From Felis catus (taxonomy: Eukaryota), in assembly GCF_018350175.1 (NCBI RefSeq), contig NC_058368.1, positions 9,796,001 to 9,860,000 on the forward strand: DNA of 64,000 bases, in the 5' to 3' direction. This document shows positions 1 to 12,435 of the stretch, one piece after another. Under the pieces are notes generated by a model. It saw nothing but the letters and a program-made list of their open reading frames with translations, was not told the DNA's origin and ran no database searches. A program made the translations under genes and the position numbers. Each line of letters starts with the position of its first letter. The stretch's first letter is position 1.

Positions 1-199
1 TACTAATAAAAAAGAAATGTGGATCGAGAATCTGGACCAGGAGAAACTTAAAGGAGAGAAAAAGTTCAAGGCCATGGCAAGAAAAGAAGAGAACATCAAC
101 TTTCACATCGTGAAGGTCCACATCCATGGTTGTAGTTGAGCTCTGAATTTAGCTATCAATTAACTTACCTGACCATCAAAGGTAAAAGAGGATTAAAAG

Positions 200-1685
200 G
201 AGATATATAGACCAATGGAATAGAATAGAGAGCTCAGATATAAAACCTCAAATATACAGTCAAATGATTTTCGACAAGGGAGCCAAGATCATTCAATGGG
301 GGAGAGGACAGCCTTTTCAACACACGCAAAAGAATGAAATTGGAAGTTTGCCTTACACCATATACAAAAATTAACTCAAAATGAATTAAAGACCTAAAAC
401 TATAAAAACCCCAGAAGAAACACAGGGAGGAAATTTTGCAACACTGAATTTGGCAATTATTTCTTAGATATGCTACCATAAAAAAAAAAAAAAGCGCAGG
501 CAAAAAAGCAAAATAGACAAATGAGACACCAAATGTATCAACTTCTGTGCATCAAAGGATATAATCAACAGGGTGGAAAAGCAATCCACAAAAGGGAGAA
601 AACATTTGCAAATCATATCTGGTAAGGGGTTAATATCCAAAATATATAGAGAACTCCTATGACTCAAGAACAACAACAAAAATCAAATAACCTGACTTAA
701 AAATGGGCAAGAAACTTAAATAGATAGTTCTCCAAAGATGATATATAAATGGCCAAAAGCATACGAAAAAGATACTCAAGGGGCACCTGGGTGGCTCAGT
801 TGGTTAAGGGTCCATCTCTTGATTTCGGCTCAGGTCTTGATCTCACAGAGATTGACTCCCGCACCACCCAGCATGGAGCCTGCTTAAGATTCTCTCTCTT
901 CCTCTTCCCCTGCCCCTCCCCACTCTCAAAAAAAAAAAAAAAGATACTCAACATCACTAGTCATCAAAGAAACACAAAGCAAAACCACAAGGAGACACCA
1001 CCTCACACCCGTTACCATGGCTACTATCAAAAACCAGAAAATAACAAGTGTCGACAAGGATGTGGAGAAACTGCAAACTTGTGCACTGCTGATAGCCACC
1101 GACAGTATAGTGGTTCCTTAAAAACTTAAAAAATAAAATTATAAAAGGATCCAGCAATTCCACTCTGGATATATATCCAAAAGAAACGAAAGCATTATCT
1201 CAAAGAGAGATTTTTATGTTCGTGTTCATAACAGAATCACTTACAATAGCCAAAAGATGGAAACAACCCAAATGTCCACAAACAAAATGTGGTACGTCCA
1301 TACAACAGAATATTAGTCAGCCTTAAAGAGGAAGGAAATTCTGACACGTGCTACAACACGGAGGAACCTTGGTGACATTACGATCGGTGAAATCAGCCAG
1401 TCAAAATTACAAACAGATAAATAGGCCGTTACCAAAAGGCAAATACTGGAAGATTCCACATATATGAGTTCTCTAAAGTAGTCAAACTGAGAAACAAAGT
1501 AGAATGGTGGTCACCAGGGGCTGGGGCTAGGGGGAAATGGCTGCTGTTGCATACACAGAGTTTATGGCGTTTCAGTTTTGCAGGACGAGAAAGTTCTCGA
1601 GATCCGCCACAGTGTGGCTTAAACTGTACATTTAAAAATGGTGAAGATGATAAATTTTGTGCGTATTTTACCACAATTTAAAACA
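200..1685 (+). mobile_element. LINE-1 3' fragment (degraded ORF2 C-terminus plus 3' UTR, L1MB/L1MA-like)
   Basis: GACCAATGGAATAGAATAGAG...ATGATTTTCGACAAGGGAGCCAAG encodes the L1 ORF2 DQWNRIE...IFDKGAK motif; typical old L1 3' end TGTACATTTAAAAATGG...TTTTACCACAATTTAAAA; frameshifted and split by a SINE. Confidence 0.9.
780..942 (+). mobile_element. Carnivore SINE inserted in L1
   Basis: GGGGCACCTGGGTGGCTCAG head, CT-rich tract, poly(A); TSD AAAAGATACTCAA on both sides. Confidence 0.92.
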
Positions 1686-1768
1686 AAAGGTAAAAGGGGA
1701 GAGAAGAACTATATACTTCTTCCAGGGATCTAGGGTTTTGCCTACGTTCTGAAAGAATCTTAAACAGT

Positions 1769-1981
1769 GGGGCGCTTGGGTGGCTCAGTCAGCTAAGCAC
1801 CTGACTCCTGATTTGGGCTCAGGTCATGATCTCGCAGCTGGGGAGTTCGAGTCCCGCACAGGGCTCCACAATGGCAGTGTGGAGCCTGCTTGGGACTTTC
1901 TCTCTCTCCCTCTGTCCCTCCCTGATTGTTCTCTCTCTCTAAAATAAAGAAACATAAAAATAATTTTAAAATAAATAAATA
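1769..1981 (+). mobile_element. Carnivore SINE
   Basis: tRNA-like head, A-rich tail, 17-bp TSD AAAGAATCTTAAACAGT (1752-1768, 1982-1998). Confidence 0.95.
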
Positions 1982-2632
1982 AAAGAATCTTAAACAGTGA
2001 GTCCCTTCCCATTGGTCTAGGGCCATGCCACCTACAGTAAAAACAATTGCAGTTATCTTACTTGGCTGAGGAAATTGCTCTAGTCTCTGCCTCCAACCCT
2101 TTGTGAAACCTTTTTACTCTTCCTTGGGCTTCCACATCTGCCCCCTTGACTTTGTAGTGTATTCACCCTTTTTTTTGGCCCTAGAGCCTATGACATGCAC
2201 CCCTGCATTCAACCCAGGCTTCCCAGCTAGTGTACCTCAGGGCAAAGTACCCACATCTGAGGCCCTACTTAAATGGGGGTGGAGGGTGGGGTATGGAGGT
2301 GATTTCACAAAAATGATGGAGCAAACAACGTTCTAAACCCCTTTCGTATGGCAAATGGGAGTTAAAATTTCATTATATATATATGAAATTTATTTCTTAC
2401 AATGCCTCTTAATAAAAGCCAGGGGCAGAACATCGACATGCAAATCAGTGAAGACAGAATAGTTTCCAAAGATTTGTATTCTGAAGTCCATCTTTTCTAA
2501 AGAAAAGACTCCCTTTGGGCCCTCAGAGAATCACTTCTTCAGTGGCCATTTATGTACATTTTACCAAATTCTTGCATTGTATCATTTTGTTTTCCATTAG
2601 ACTGTGAGCTCTATGAAGGCAGGAAATATTTT

Positions 2633-2841
2633 CTTTTTAAACTTTTTAAAAATGTTTATTCATTTTTTTTTAAATACGGAGAGAAACAGAGCACAAGCAG
2701 GGTGGGGCGGAGAGAGAGGGGGACACAGAATCTGAATCTGAGCTGTCGGCACAGAGCCCGACACGGGGCTTGAACTCACGAACCGCAAGATCATGACCTG
2801 AGCCGAAGCCGGATGCTCAACTGACTGAGCCCCAGGCGTCC
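2633..2841 (-). mobile_element. Felid SINE (SINEC_Fc-like)
   Basis: Reverse-strand body GGCACAGAGCCCGACACGGGGCTTGAACTCACGAACC...ATCATGACCTGAGCCGAAG. Confidence 0.92.
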
Positions 2842-3924
2842 GCCAAATAATGCATTTTAAAAGTACTCTGGGAGATCCTTATATCCAAAAAAAAAAAAAA
2901 AAAAAAAAAACCCAGACATCAGAAAAGGCCACATGAAACGAATTCACTTTATTCAGGGCTAAATTTTGTAATAAATCTCTTTTCGGGGGGGGGGGGAAGG
3001 TTTATTTGATGAAACTTTGTATCATGAAAACGCTGACTTCATTTTAGGTTGATCAGAATTTAGACATCGTTGCAATACCATGCTAGTTCTCAGAATGAAC
3101 AAAGTTAAGTATATTCCTGACTTCAGGGGGTACACTTTTATCTGACAAAAATGTATGTTGGCACAATGTAACACCCTTCACTTCAGGCTTGAGTTGTACA
3201 GCTTAACTGTTAAAATGTTCATTTTCCCCACAAATATTAAAGGAAGGGCTCATCAATTTTCCAAGGGCCTCCCGCACATTAAAAAAAACATTCACACCAC
3301 TCTTTTTGAGGCATCATGGTATCATCCATATGGATTCTTTTTTTTCCCCGTGCATCTCCCTTTTTCCTGTGATTCTGGCTGTTTTTGAATATCGCTTTCA
3401 TAGACTCCATAGAATTTCCCATCTTTTGGAAGATTTGCGTTTTCACCCTTCTATCAATTCGGTTTGCACCGTTCCCTGTTTACAACAGCGGAGGGACTGG
3501 TCGATGGCTGACACAGGTTAAGAGAGGGAATGTGACTGAGAGCTGATTTTCCAAGTCAGTGTTGGGTTACTCGTCAGTCTTTTCTGGGGGGACCCTGATA
3601 ATGACAACTTGAAGGAGAAGGCTCCTCTCTCGAGTTTCCCCCCGTTTGGGCTTTCTCTTTCTCCCCTCTCACAGAGTGATCGCAAACCTCAACCCCCCCT
3701 GTCTTGATAAGCCTCCAACACCATCTGAGGGGATTCATCTGAAACCCTGCTTTGTCAGCCCTCGGAGAAGATAAGGGGGGGGGGGGGAGACTTCCATACT
3801 TGCTCAGTTCATTCTGAAGTTTCACAACTGTCACGATTGGGAAAAAATAAGCTGCCTATCATGAAAATGATAGAGAACTTCTTCTGAAATTCAACACTCT
3901 GGGGGAATGGAAGACCTCATTAAA

Positions 3925-3926
<2 letters not shown>

Positions 3927-3976
<50 letters not shown>
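3927..3976. repeat. (GT)n microsatellite
   Basis: Perfect GT dinucleotide run of ~50 bp. Confidence 0.98.
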
Positions 3977-3977
<1 letters not shown>

Positions 3978-4689
3978 GCTACTTTCTCTAAGCCAAAAGG
4001 ATGAGTAATACTACCGGTAAGAGGAGAGGGAGATGGGCACCTTTTCCCTCCGGGCCCATTTTAACCATTTGGGACTCAGGAAAAAGGCTTCTAGGATTAA
4101 CTGCTTCAGCAGGGAAACTGCAAACATGTTAAGTGCCATGCTTATGACATCTTCTTATTCCACTTATTGGAACTGACGAACACCTTTTCTCCCCCTTCTG
4201 TTCCCTGCCCGCCCCCCCCCCCACAGTTGCGACCTGAATACACTAAGCTAAGCAACACACACTCAAATAATAAAAGTCCACTTTTGTAATGATTACAGAT
4301 AACATTAACTCAGAAAACAGAAGCATGTTTTCAATGTGATTTTTCTAACAGTGGGCTTTACAAAGCTGGACAAAAACACTAAAGTGCACTTTAGGATCAA
4401 GAAATGGAAAACTTTATTTTCTCCAGTTAAACAGAAGTTACTGCGAAAAACAATTCTCACTGTGTTGCAATTATTATCCAATTACTTTTCTTCTGATGAC
4501 CAGTGTTTAAAAATTAATTATCAAAGTAATATACACACATAGTATACGTAGTATTGATCTCGTATCATAGACTATTAGGGCTGAGACGTTTTCCCCAACT
4601 TCTTTCTCATGACACATTGCACTTTCCTTTTCCTAGTTTCCTAATATGAAGGTTTAAAAAAAATTAAGTCAATATTCAGTATTTATATT

Positions 4690-4894
4690 ATTTTTTTTTA
4701 ATTTTTATTTTTGAGAGAGAGACAGAGTGTGAGCAGGGGAGGAACACAGAGAGAGGGAGACACAGAATCCAAAGCAGGCTCCAGGCTCTGAGCTGTCAGT
4801 ACACAGCCCGACGCGGGGCTTGAACTCACGAACTGTGAGATCATGACCTGAGCCGAAGTTGGAAGCCTAACCGACCGAGCCACCCAGGCGCCCC
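4690..4894 (-). mobile_element. Felid SINE
   Basis: Full reverse SINEC_Fc ending CCAGGCGCCCC; near TSD TCAGTATTTATAT / TCGGTATTTATAT. Confidence 0.95.
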
Positions 4895-5139
4895 TCGGTA
4901 TTTATATCATTAAATGTAAATACTGTTCACTGTAGTATAGCTCCATGACATTTCCTTCCCTATACATGTTTTCCTATAGTCCTTTTTTGCTTCCATTTGC
5001 TTATGCTTCTAGGTGCTCTTCAGGAGTCTTAAGTTATTTTCCGTCTTGATCCTTTTATCTCCCCACCCCCACTGAAGGCTTTTATCTGGTTCTAAATTTC
5101 ACTATGATGTGTTTGGGTAGGAACTTTCAGAAACGTAAG

Positions 5140-6360
5140 CTTTTTACTGAAGAATAACATAATCACAGAAGAGGACATGAATCATAAGTATCAACTGGAT
5201 GATTTTTTACAAAATTCACACATACTGTGTAACCAGTACCTAGATTAAGAAAGAGAGTACTACCAAGAGCCTGCTTCTGGCCACTACCTGCTCCTAGTGG
5301 TAATCACTATCCTAATTTCTAACACCACAGATCAGAGTTTGCCTGTTTGTGAATTTTTATAGAAATGAAATCATACAAGGGCACCTGGGTAGCTCAGTCA
5401 GTTAAGCATCTGACTGCGGCTCAGGTCATGATCTCATGTTTCGTGAGTTCGAGTCGTGTGGGGCTCAGTGCTGACAGCTGGGACCTGGAGCCTGCCTGGG
5501 ATTCTGTCTCCTTCTTTCACTCTGCCCCTCCCCTGCTTGCATTCTTTCTCCTAAAATAAATAAAGGTAAAAAAAAATGCAAAAATGTTTTTAAAAAAATG
5601 AAACCATACAATATATTCTTTTGCTTCTGGTCTCACCGGTTAAATTTGGGAGATTCACGTGTGTCACCTGCATGTAATGGGTAACTCATTCATGCTTGTT
5701 CCTTTTTATGAACACACTACGATTAATTTATCCGGCGTTAATGTGGATGCACTTCTGGCTGTTTTCAGTTTTCGGCTATTAAAGAGGTGCCACAAACATT
5801 TGTGTACATGGCCTTTGCTGTATCTTTACAACAGACGTATGCATTTCTGTTGGCTGGGGCGAGTCTTTTCCCCAGTTTTTGGCTGGGGACTCAGCCTTTT
5901 CAATCTGAACCTTGACTTTTTTCATTTTAGAGAAATTTTCTGCAATTGCTTCTTTGTTAAATCCTTTCCTTTTTTTCTTTTCCACTTCTTTCTTTCTGGA
6001 GCTCTAATACAGCTTTTCTCTTGGATTTTCTTTTTGGTTTATTTTCTGAGAGGACATCTCAACGTTATCTTCCCATACCTCTCCTGTGTTTTTATCTCGG
6101 TAAATTTTTAATCTCCAAAATAGTTACAATTCTTTTCCTCATCTTTTAAATCGCACCCTGATCTTATTTCATTGCTGCAATAGCTCCTCCTTTCGAAGAA
6201 ATTTAAGAAAAAAATTTTTTTTTCCTTCCGCTGTCTGTAATGTCAGCTCCCTTTTTTTTTGTTTGTTATTTGTCTCTCTTTTGGCCTGGCCAGCTGTCCT
6301 CAAACGTGTGGTGATCTTTGGCTGCCTTGTCATATTTAAGAGTCAGGCATTTAAAAAACT
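5140..6360 (-). mobile_element. Old LINE-1 (L1M/L1ME-like) fragments
   Basis: T-rich degraded L1 antisense motifs (TTTGCCTGTTTGTGAATTTTTATAGAAATGAAATCATACAA; GGCTGTTTTCAGTTTTCGGCTATTA). Confidence 0.65.
5379..5595 (+). mobile_element. Felid SINE
   Basis: SINE head and body; TSD AAATGAAA(T/C)CATACAA. Confidence 0.93.
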
Positions 6361-6368
6361 GACTGATC

Positions 6369-6596
6369 GGGGCGCCTGGGTGGCGCAGTCGGTTAAGCGT
6401 CCGACTGCAGCCAGGTCACGATCTCGCGGTCCGTGAGTTCAAGCCCCGAGTCGGGCTCTGGGCTGATGGCTCAGAGCCTGGAGCCTGTTTCCGATTCTGT
6501 GTCTCCCTCTCTCTCTGCCCCTCCCCCGTTCATGCTCTGTCTCTCTCTGTCCCAAAAATAAATAAACGTTGAAAAAAAAAAGTTTAAAAAAAAAAA
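6369..6596 (+). mobile_element. Young felid SINE (SINEC_Fc)
   Basis: CpG-rich GGGGCGCCTGGGTGGCGCAGTCGGTTAAGCGTCCGAC...CAGCCAGGTCACGATCTCGCGG, long A tail. Confidence 0.96.
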
Positions 6597-6863
6597 CAAA
6601 CTGACTAAAAGCTCCGGGTGTGGGGCGGCCCCTGCCGTGTACAAGATAGGGAGGGAGAGTGCCAGACATGTCGTGGGGGTTACAGATGTTTCCTCTTCGG
6701 CAGGTGGATGTCCTCAGGAAGGAATCCCCCAATCCAGGCCCCGAGCAGTAGGAAGGGTTGAGAGCTCTCGCTATTCAGTATGAAGAACTTTACCGAATTT
6801 CCGTTTCTCCGTAAGATGATCCATCCCCGTTCTCAGCAGCGCTTGGTACCCCTGGGTCCACAG

Positions 6864-7252
6864 CTGCGCTGTCTGGTGTGGTAGCCGCTAGCCACGTGGG
6901 GCCATCTGAATTTCAATTAATTAAAGTTAGGGGCACCAGGCTGGCTCAGCTGGTTAGAAGCGCGACTCCTGATTTCGGCTCGGGTCATGATCTCACAGTT
7001 TGTGAGTTCGAGCCCCGCGTCGGGCTCTGCGCTGACAGCAGGAAGCCTGCTTGGGATTCTGTGTCTCCTCTCTACCTCTCTGTCTCTCTGTCTCTCTCTC
7101 AAAAATAAACATTTTAAAAAGTTAATTAATTAAAATTAAGTTAGAAATGTAGTTGCGCAGTCACACCAGCCACGCTGGCCACTGAGCCACGTGACGGTGG
7201 ACGATGCTGACAGAAAACATTTCCTTTATCACAGAAAGTTCTGTTAGCGCTG
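6864..7252 (-). mobile_element. MER3 (hAT-Charlie MITE), split by a SINE
   Basis: CTGCGCTGTC...GGTAGCCGCTAGCCACGTGG left end and CATTTCCTTTATCACAGAAAGTTCTGTTAGCGCTG right end resemble MER3. Confidence 0.8.
6930..7121 (+). mobile_element. Carnivore SINE within MER3
   Basis: SINE head and tail; TSD AATTAATTAAA(G/A)TTA. Confidence 0.93.
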
Positions 7253-7624
7253 GAGACTGAACCTCGTATTTTTTGCTTTGGGAGAAGTCGTTTCTTAACT
7301 GTACTGTTGAATAAGAGGATCTGAAAGTTTGCTTACTTTTTATCTAATGTTTTCATTAATTCTTTAGTTTTCAACCTTGCCCCAAACCCAACTTCACAGG
7401 TCCTCAGAGGACTCCATTTCTTGAAATTTAACTTAACCACTCTCCACTCGAACGTACACTCTTGAAGGTAGGTTTCAGCCTTCTGCTGTTAGTTACCACT
7501 TGTCCATCTGTCTTCGTCTTCCAAAAGGTATTTATACCTATTTCATTTGTTTTACTATAATTTTAATGGGTTTAAGGCAGGGACATGTTCAATCTGCCAC
7601 ATTAAACCTGAAGTCTTCCTGAGA

Positions 7625-7789
7625 ATGTTTTGAACGTTAGTGGGGGAAGGGAAGGAGAGAGGGAGAGAGAATCTCAAGCAGGCTCCACGCTGAGCGACTT
7701 GGGGCTCTATCTCACAAACCAAGCCAGAATCACGTCCTAGCCAAAATCAAGAGTCAGACGTTTAACCGACAAAGCCGCCCAGTTGCCCC
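7625..7789 (-). mobile_element. Diverged carnivore SINE
   Basis: GAGAATCTCAAGCAGGCTCCACGCTGAG...AAATCAAGAGTCAGACGTTTAACCGAC. Confidence 0.85.
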
Positions 7790-8029
7790 TCTGATTTTTT
7801 TTTTTTTATATTCCATTGCTTTGTCTTTTTCCAAATATTATTTAAGAACTTACTGCAGGCAAGGTAGTGCTCTAGTAATAAGTTTTATTACTTTTCCTTT
7901 CATTTCATAAAAAATACTGGTGCTAAACATTTTTAGTGGAAGTTTAACGATTATGTATGGTGACCAAACCTAATGAACTTAATATAGGGCAAGGTTATTT
8001 CCATTTGACTAAATAGCAGTGTCCTTTAC

Positions 8030-8205
8030 CCACGGTCTGGAGCAGATCAACCCAGCTGAGCCTATCCTATGTAAGCTACCCCCGATGAACCTTAAACCTG
8101 TGGGTGTAAGAATAAGTCCATAAATACATACATACATAAATAAGCGTCTGTGTTTGGGGTAATTCGTTAGATAGTGTTACTGCCGCAAAAGCTGTCTAAT
8201 AACAT
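8030..8205 (+). mobile_element. Old MLT1 (MaLR) LTR 3' fragment
   Basis: CCCAGCTGAGCC...TTTGGGGTAATTCGTTA...GCAAAAGCTGTCTAATAACA resembles MLT1 LTR end. Confidence 0.55.
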
Positions 8206-9229
8206 GGGATAAGGGTCTTTACAAACAGTAGACTCTAGCATTAAAAGAAAAGAAAACAAAGGTCTGAGGTAGTCACCTATGTTTAGGAGAAAATAAAAAT
8301 TCTCACTCCATAACGGAAAGCGCTTTCATTTATTGCATTTTCTAATGGTGTTTTCCCTACGAGAACTTGTGATAGGAACACCACTATGTTTCAGGTTTTT
8401 AAATACAGGCATAAGCGCCTGTTATGGGAAACTCTGACGTCACTAACCTTTTTTCTCCTCAACTAACAAGGATGTTTCATTAATGAGCAGTGACCAGTAC
8501 ACAAATTACCTCCAGATCTGTGTGCTTCTTTCCCAAAAGACAAATTACATGCATTGTGACAAAATTAGAGAATAAGTATTGCTTGCAAAAATCTTGCGAC
8601 AGAAGTCCTTCTTTGCCCAGGATTAGGCTTGCTTGCTTGCTTCTCGGTGTTTCCACTGAGTTATGGTAAGATGTCACTCAGGACGTGCAGTTGTTGCCCC
8701 AGGGGACATACAAAAGAGCCAGAAGATGTCTCCCACAGAAGCAGTTGCCACAAAGCTGTGCTGTGTCTTGTAGACTAACTCCTCGGGGTCTGTCCCTGAG
8801 ATCAACCAGAAGTGCCTGCCTTGGATACCGTCGTGCAGAGAGCTAGAAGCAGTCCTATAACAGTGTCCCTGATAGTAAATAAAGGGGACGGTGTGAATTC
8901 CTTTTGGCTGCTTTATCTCACGGTGTCCTGAAGTTTTTGCTTCATTGGAATCAAAAGAATCAGAGAAAGGTCCAAGGTAGCGGCCCCGTATTTGGCAGAT
9001 TCTAAAACAACACTTTAAGTGATAAATCCTAATTTGTAAAAAGCATATGGGCTTAGATTATTTTACAAGTGACTATTCACATTTACTAGAAGGACTCCAA
9101 ATGTGTGCTATGTACTACTAAAACACGTCATGTCTTCTTTAAAGCACTAAATTGAAACTCATTACAAAGAAAGGGTTTTGTAATCCGGTTTTGACTGTTG
9201 GGGACTGTGATCCTTTTAGGAAGTCACGC

Positions 9230-9490
9230 ATGTTTATTCGTCCATGTATTTATTCATTCATATATGTAAAAACTGTGGAGCACTGACCTTGTGCTAGGCA
9301 CCATGTTAAATGGGGGAGCCACAAGGTGGATGGGTTTCATAGTGCTTATATAAGGCAGAAGGAGGAAAGCAGACAATTACAAGCTATTATAAGTGTGATA
9401 CGTCTGTGGCTGAGTGGGGCGGGAGCACATGGTCTCTGTAATGTGGTGGGGCGGGATGTCAAGGACAGAAAGTCTAAACTGAATCCTGAC
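9230..9490 (-). mobile_element. LINE-2 3' fragment
   Basis: ATTCATTCA...GAGCACTGACCTTGTGCTAGGCAC typical L2 antisense 3' end. Confidence 0.6.
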
Positions 9491-9561
9491 ATCTTAGTGT
9501 TGAGTCTCTTGCTGTAACTACGTTATCATTTACTTGCCTTCTTTTTTTTGATGTTTATTTT

Positions 9562-9590
9562 TAATTTTTTTAATGTTTATTTATTTTTGA

Positions 9591-9624
<34 letters not shown>

Positions 9625-9793
9625 ATGCGAGCAGGGAAGGGGCAGAGAGAGAGGGAGACACAGAATCTGAAGCAAGCCAGTTCCAGGCTCTGAGCTGTCA
9701 GCAGAGAGCCTGACGTGGGGCTCGAACTCACAAACCTCGAGACGACCTGAGCCGAAGTCAGCCACTTAACTGACTGAGCCAGCCAGGTGCCCC
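9562..9793 (-). mobile_element. Felid SINE inserted into the tail of the adjacent SINE
   Basis: Reverse SINEC_Fc body with (GA)n tract. Confidence 0.93.
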
Positions 9794-9794
9794 A

Positions 9795-9861
9795 ATGTTT
9801 TTTATTTTTATTTTTATTTTTATTTTTATTTTTATTTTTATTTTTAGAGAGAGAGAGAGAC

Positions 9862-9896
<35 letters not shown>

Positions 9897-10060
9897 CATG
9901 AGTTGGGGAGGGATACAGAAGGGAGGGAGAGAATCCCAAGCAAGCTCTGCACTGTCAGTACAGATCCTCACGTGGGGCTCGAACTGATGAATCCTGAGAT
10001 CATGACCTGAGTTGAAATCAAGAGTTGGATGCTTAACCAACTGAGCCACCCAGGCGCCCC
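9795..10060 (-). mobile_element. Carnivore SINE with expanded (ATTTTT)n tail and (GA)n tract
   Basis: Ends CCAGGCGCCCC; TSD TTACTTGCCT(T/G)CTTT brackets both SINEs. Confidence 0.94.
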
Positions 10061-10869
10061 TTACTTGCCTGCTTTGTTCAGCTCACCACCCATCAAAGGA
10101 ATCGCGCCCATCCCTAGGGATCCTCTGATGGCACAACCAGGCCATCTCTTTAGTTAGAGATGCAACGTCTAGGTAAGCTTGGCTTCAGTACCATATCTGT
10201 TTGTCACTGTTACTCAAGCATAGGAATCACTGCCGAGAGGAAATTTTTACAGTTGAAAAATTCATGTTATATGAAATAGTAATGTTTCTACTTTGCAAGT
10301 TCTGCAAATGCACATTTACTGTATCACGTTTACTAAGACACAGAAATATCTGTACTTTCTGAACCGAGTCAATAAACTAAGACAAAACTCATTCTAGACA
10401 CATCTGATAGATTTTAAAAGTGCAGGTACCTTGCGCGGCCCTACCCTGGCATGTGTTCATTTGAGGTTGCACGTAAACCAGTCCAACAGGTGTGAGGAGA
10501 CAGATGCTCACCAAATGCTTAACCCTCAGGGAGAAAACATTAACAAAATGTAGAGCATATTTCCCCTGAGGAACAGCAACCGAAGGAAGCATGTTACTAT
10601 CGACTATCATGACTTCTAAAAACGGTTAAAAAAAATTTATCGAACACCTACTATATGCCAAGCAACACTAGATATGGAGACGAAGGAGAAGTAAATCCTT
10701 GATGTACAAACCAGTCTCCTTAAGTCATCGGTCGTGGCTAGAGAAGTTAGACATTTTACCCTTCCGCAAGTTTTCCTTTTCCTTTGGGTTTAAGAGAGTC
10801 ATCAAACCAAACTCGACCAAGCCAGCCTCCTTCCACACTGAGTGAGCCTGACCGCCGAGTCCTGTAGAT

Positions 10870-11290
10870 TCTTCTGCTCTATCTAGCTTCAGAATTGTCT
10901 TCTCCACTTGACCTGTGGCACGATTTTCCGCTAGGCCTACCGAACTTGTTCCCGGAACTACCGTAATATCACACAAACTAAGCCTTCTGCCATCATGTGC
11001 CCCTTTCTAAGCCAGTCTTGTTAAATTGACGCCGATGTGATCAACCTAAAACACAAAAGATGCGTGGAACCTCTCAAGGTCAGCCCGAGGCCTTCAGGAA
11101 GCAGCGCCCACGCGCTCGCACAGCTCACCGCCTTGTCCCGCCTCACTTTCACCATGTCCCTGCCATCAGCTGTCTCTGTTCCAGTCATACCTAACCATTC
11201 GAAATTTCTGAAAAGCCCCAAGCTTCCTCACGCCCCGGTGTCTGTCACAATCTCATCCTAGACCCCTCCTCTTCACCCCCTCCCAACTCC
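10870..11290 (+). mobile_element. LINE-2 fragment
   Basis: Pyrimidine-rich L2-like motifs (TCTCCACTTGA; CTGTTCCAGTCATACCTAACC). Confidence 0.5.
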
Positions 11291-11511
11291 TGCCCATGGC
11301 TCCCAATTAATTAACTTTTCCCTCCAGTTTTTTTTTTTTGGGCGGGGGGGGGGGAAATTTCAAAAAGTTGTAAGATCAGTACATAAACACTCATTAAGCC
11401 TCCACCTGTATTTATCAGTTGTGAACGTTTTGCCACATTTATGTTCATTTGCTCTCCCCCGGCTGCCATACACATATTTACTTTTGTTGAGTCTTTTATG
11501 AGTAAGTTGCA

Positions 11512-11727
11512 GGGGACTCCGGGTGGCTCAGTTGGTTGGGCTTCTGACTTCGGCTCAGGTCATGATCCCATGGTTCGTGAGTTCGAGCCCCGCGTCGGGC
11601 TCCATGCTGACAGCTCGGAGCCTGGAGCCTGCTTCGGATTCTGTGTCTCCCTCTGTCTGTCTCTGCTCCTTCCCTACTTGTGCTCTCTCTCTCTCTCAGA
11701 AATGAAATAAACATTAAAAAAAAAAAA
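11512..11727 (+). mobile_element. Felid SINE
   Basis: TSD GAGTAAGTTGCA flanks. Confidence 0.95.
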
Positions 11728-11756
11728 GAGTAAGTTGCAGACGCTATGACACTTTA

Positions 11757-11973
11757 CTTAAAAATTTTTTTAGTATTTATTTTTGAGAGAGAGAAAGAGA
11801 GACAAAGCACAATTAGGGGAGGGGCAGAGAGAGAGGGAGACACAGAATCTGAAGCGGGCTCCAGGCTCTGAGGTGTCAGCACAGAGCGCGATGTGGGGCT
11901 TGAACCCATGAACCGTGAGATCATGACCTGAACTGAAGCTGGACGCTTAACCAACTGAGCCACCCAGGAGCCC
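11757..11973 (-). mobile_element. Felid SINE
   Basis: TSD TGACAC(T/A)TTACT flanks. Confidence 0.95.
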
Positions 11974-12359
11974 TGACACATTACTCTTAAATTCTTCAGT
12001 ATGTATTTCCTAAAAACAGGACATTCTCTTACACAACCAAAACACTATATTCTCACTTGCGAAATGTAATATGAAAATGTTAAAATTTAATTGGAACATA
12101 CAGTCAATAAATTTCTCCCCAAATTTCCCAAGTGGCTATTATTATTAATGTTTTAAGACTAAGGTTTAGTAAAAGGACATGACATCCTAACACACACACA
12201 CGCAGATACACACACACGTGCACACACACGCACAATGTGTCGGATGTCTCACCTCTGTATTTTTATTACCTTTTAGCATTGAATCACTCACCACATTCCA
12301 TCATTTTGTCTGTTTCTTTTTTTTGTTAGTATCTGGAACTCAACTAGACTCATTTCAGT

Positions 12360-12435
12360 TTCTCTTGCACTTCGTATACTGCCTGGCATTAGTTGTTGGC
12401 TGAATGGACGAATGAATGAATGAATGAATGAGTCA
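12360..12435 (+). mobile_element. LINE-2 3' terminus
   Basis: TGCCTGGCA...TGTTGGCTGAATG followed by (GAAT)n tail. Confidence 0.65.

Larger units (their letters stand above)
11350..12180 (-). mobile_element. Old LINE-1 (L1MC-like) 3' fragment, hosting two SINEs
   Basis: AAAAGTTGTAAGA...AACGTTTTGCCACATTT...AGTAAGTTGCAGAC...TTCAGTATGTATTTCCTAAAAACAGGACATTCTCTTACA. Confidence 0.75.

Noticed and set aside
3290..3480. Possible minus-strand terminal exon (GNGANRIDRRVKTQIFQK...)
   Set aside because: Peptide unrecognised, acceptor modest, no supporting partner exons
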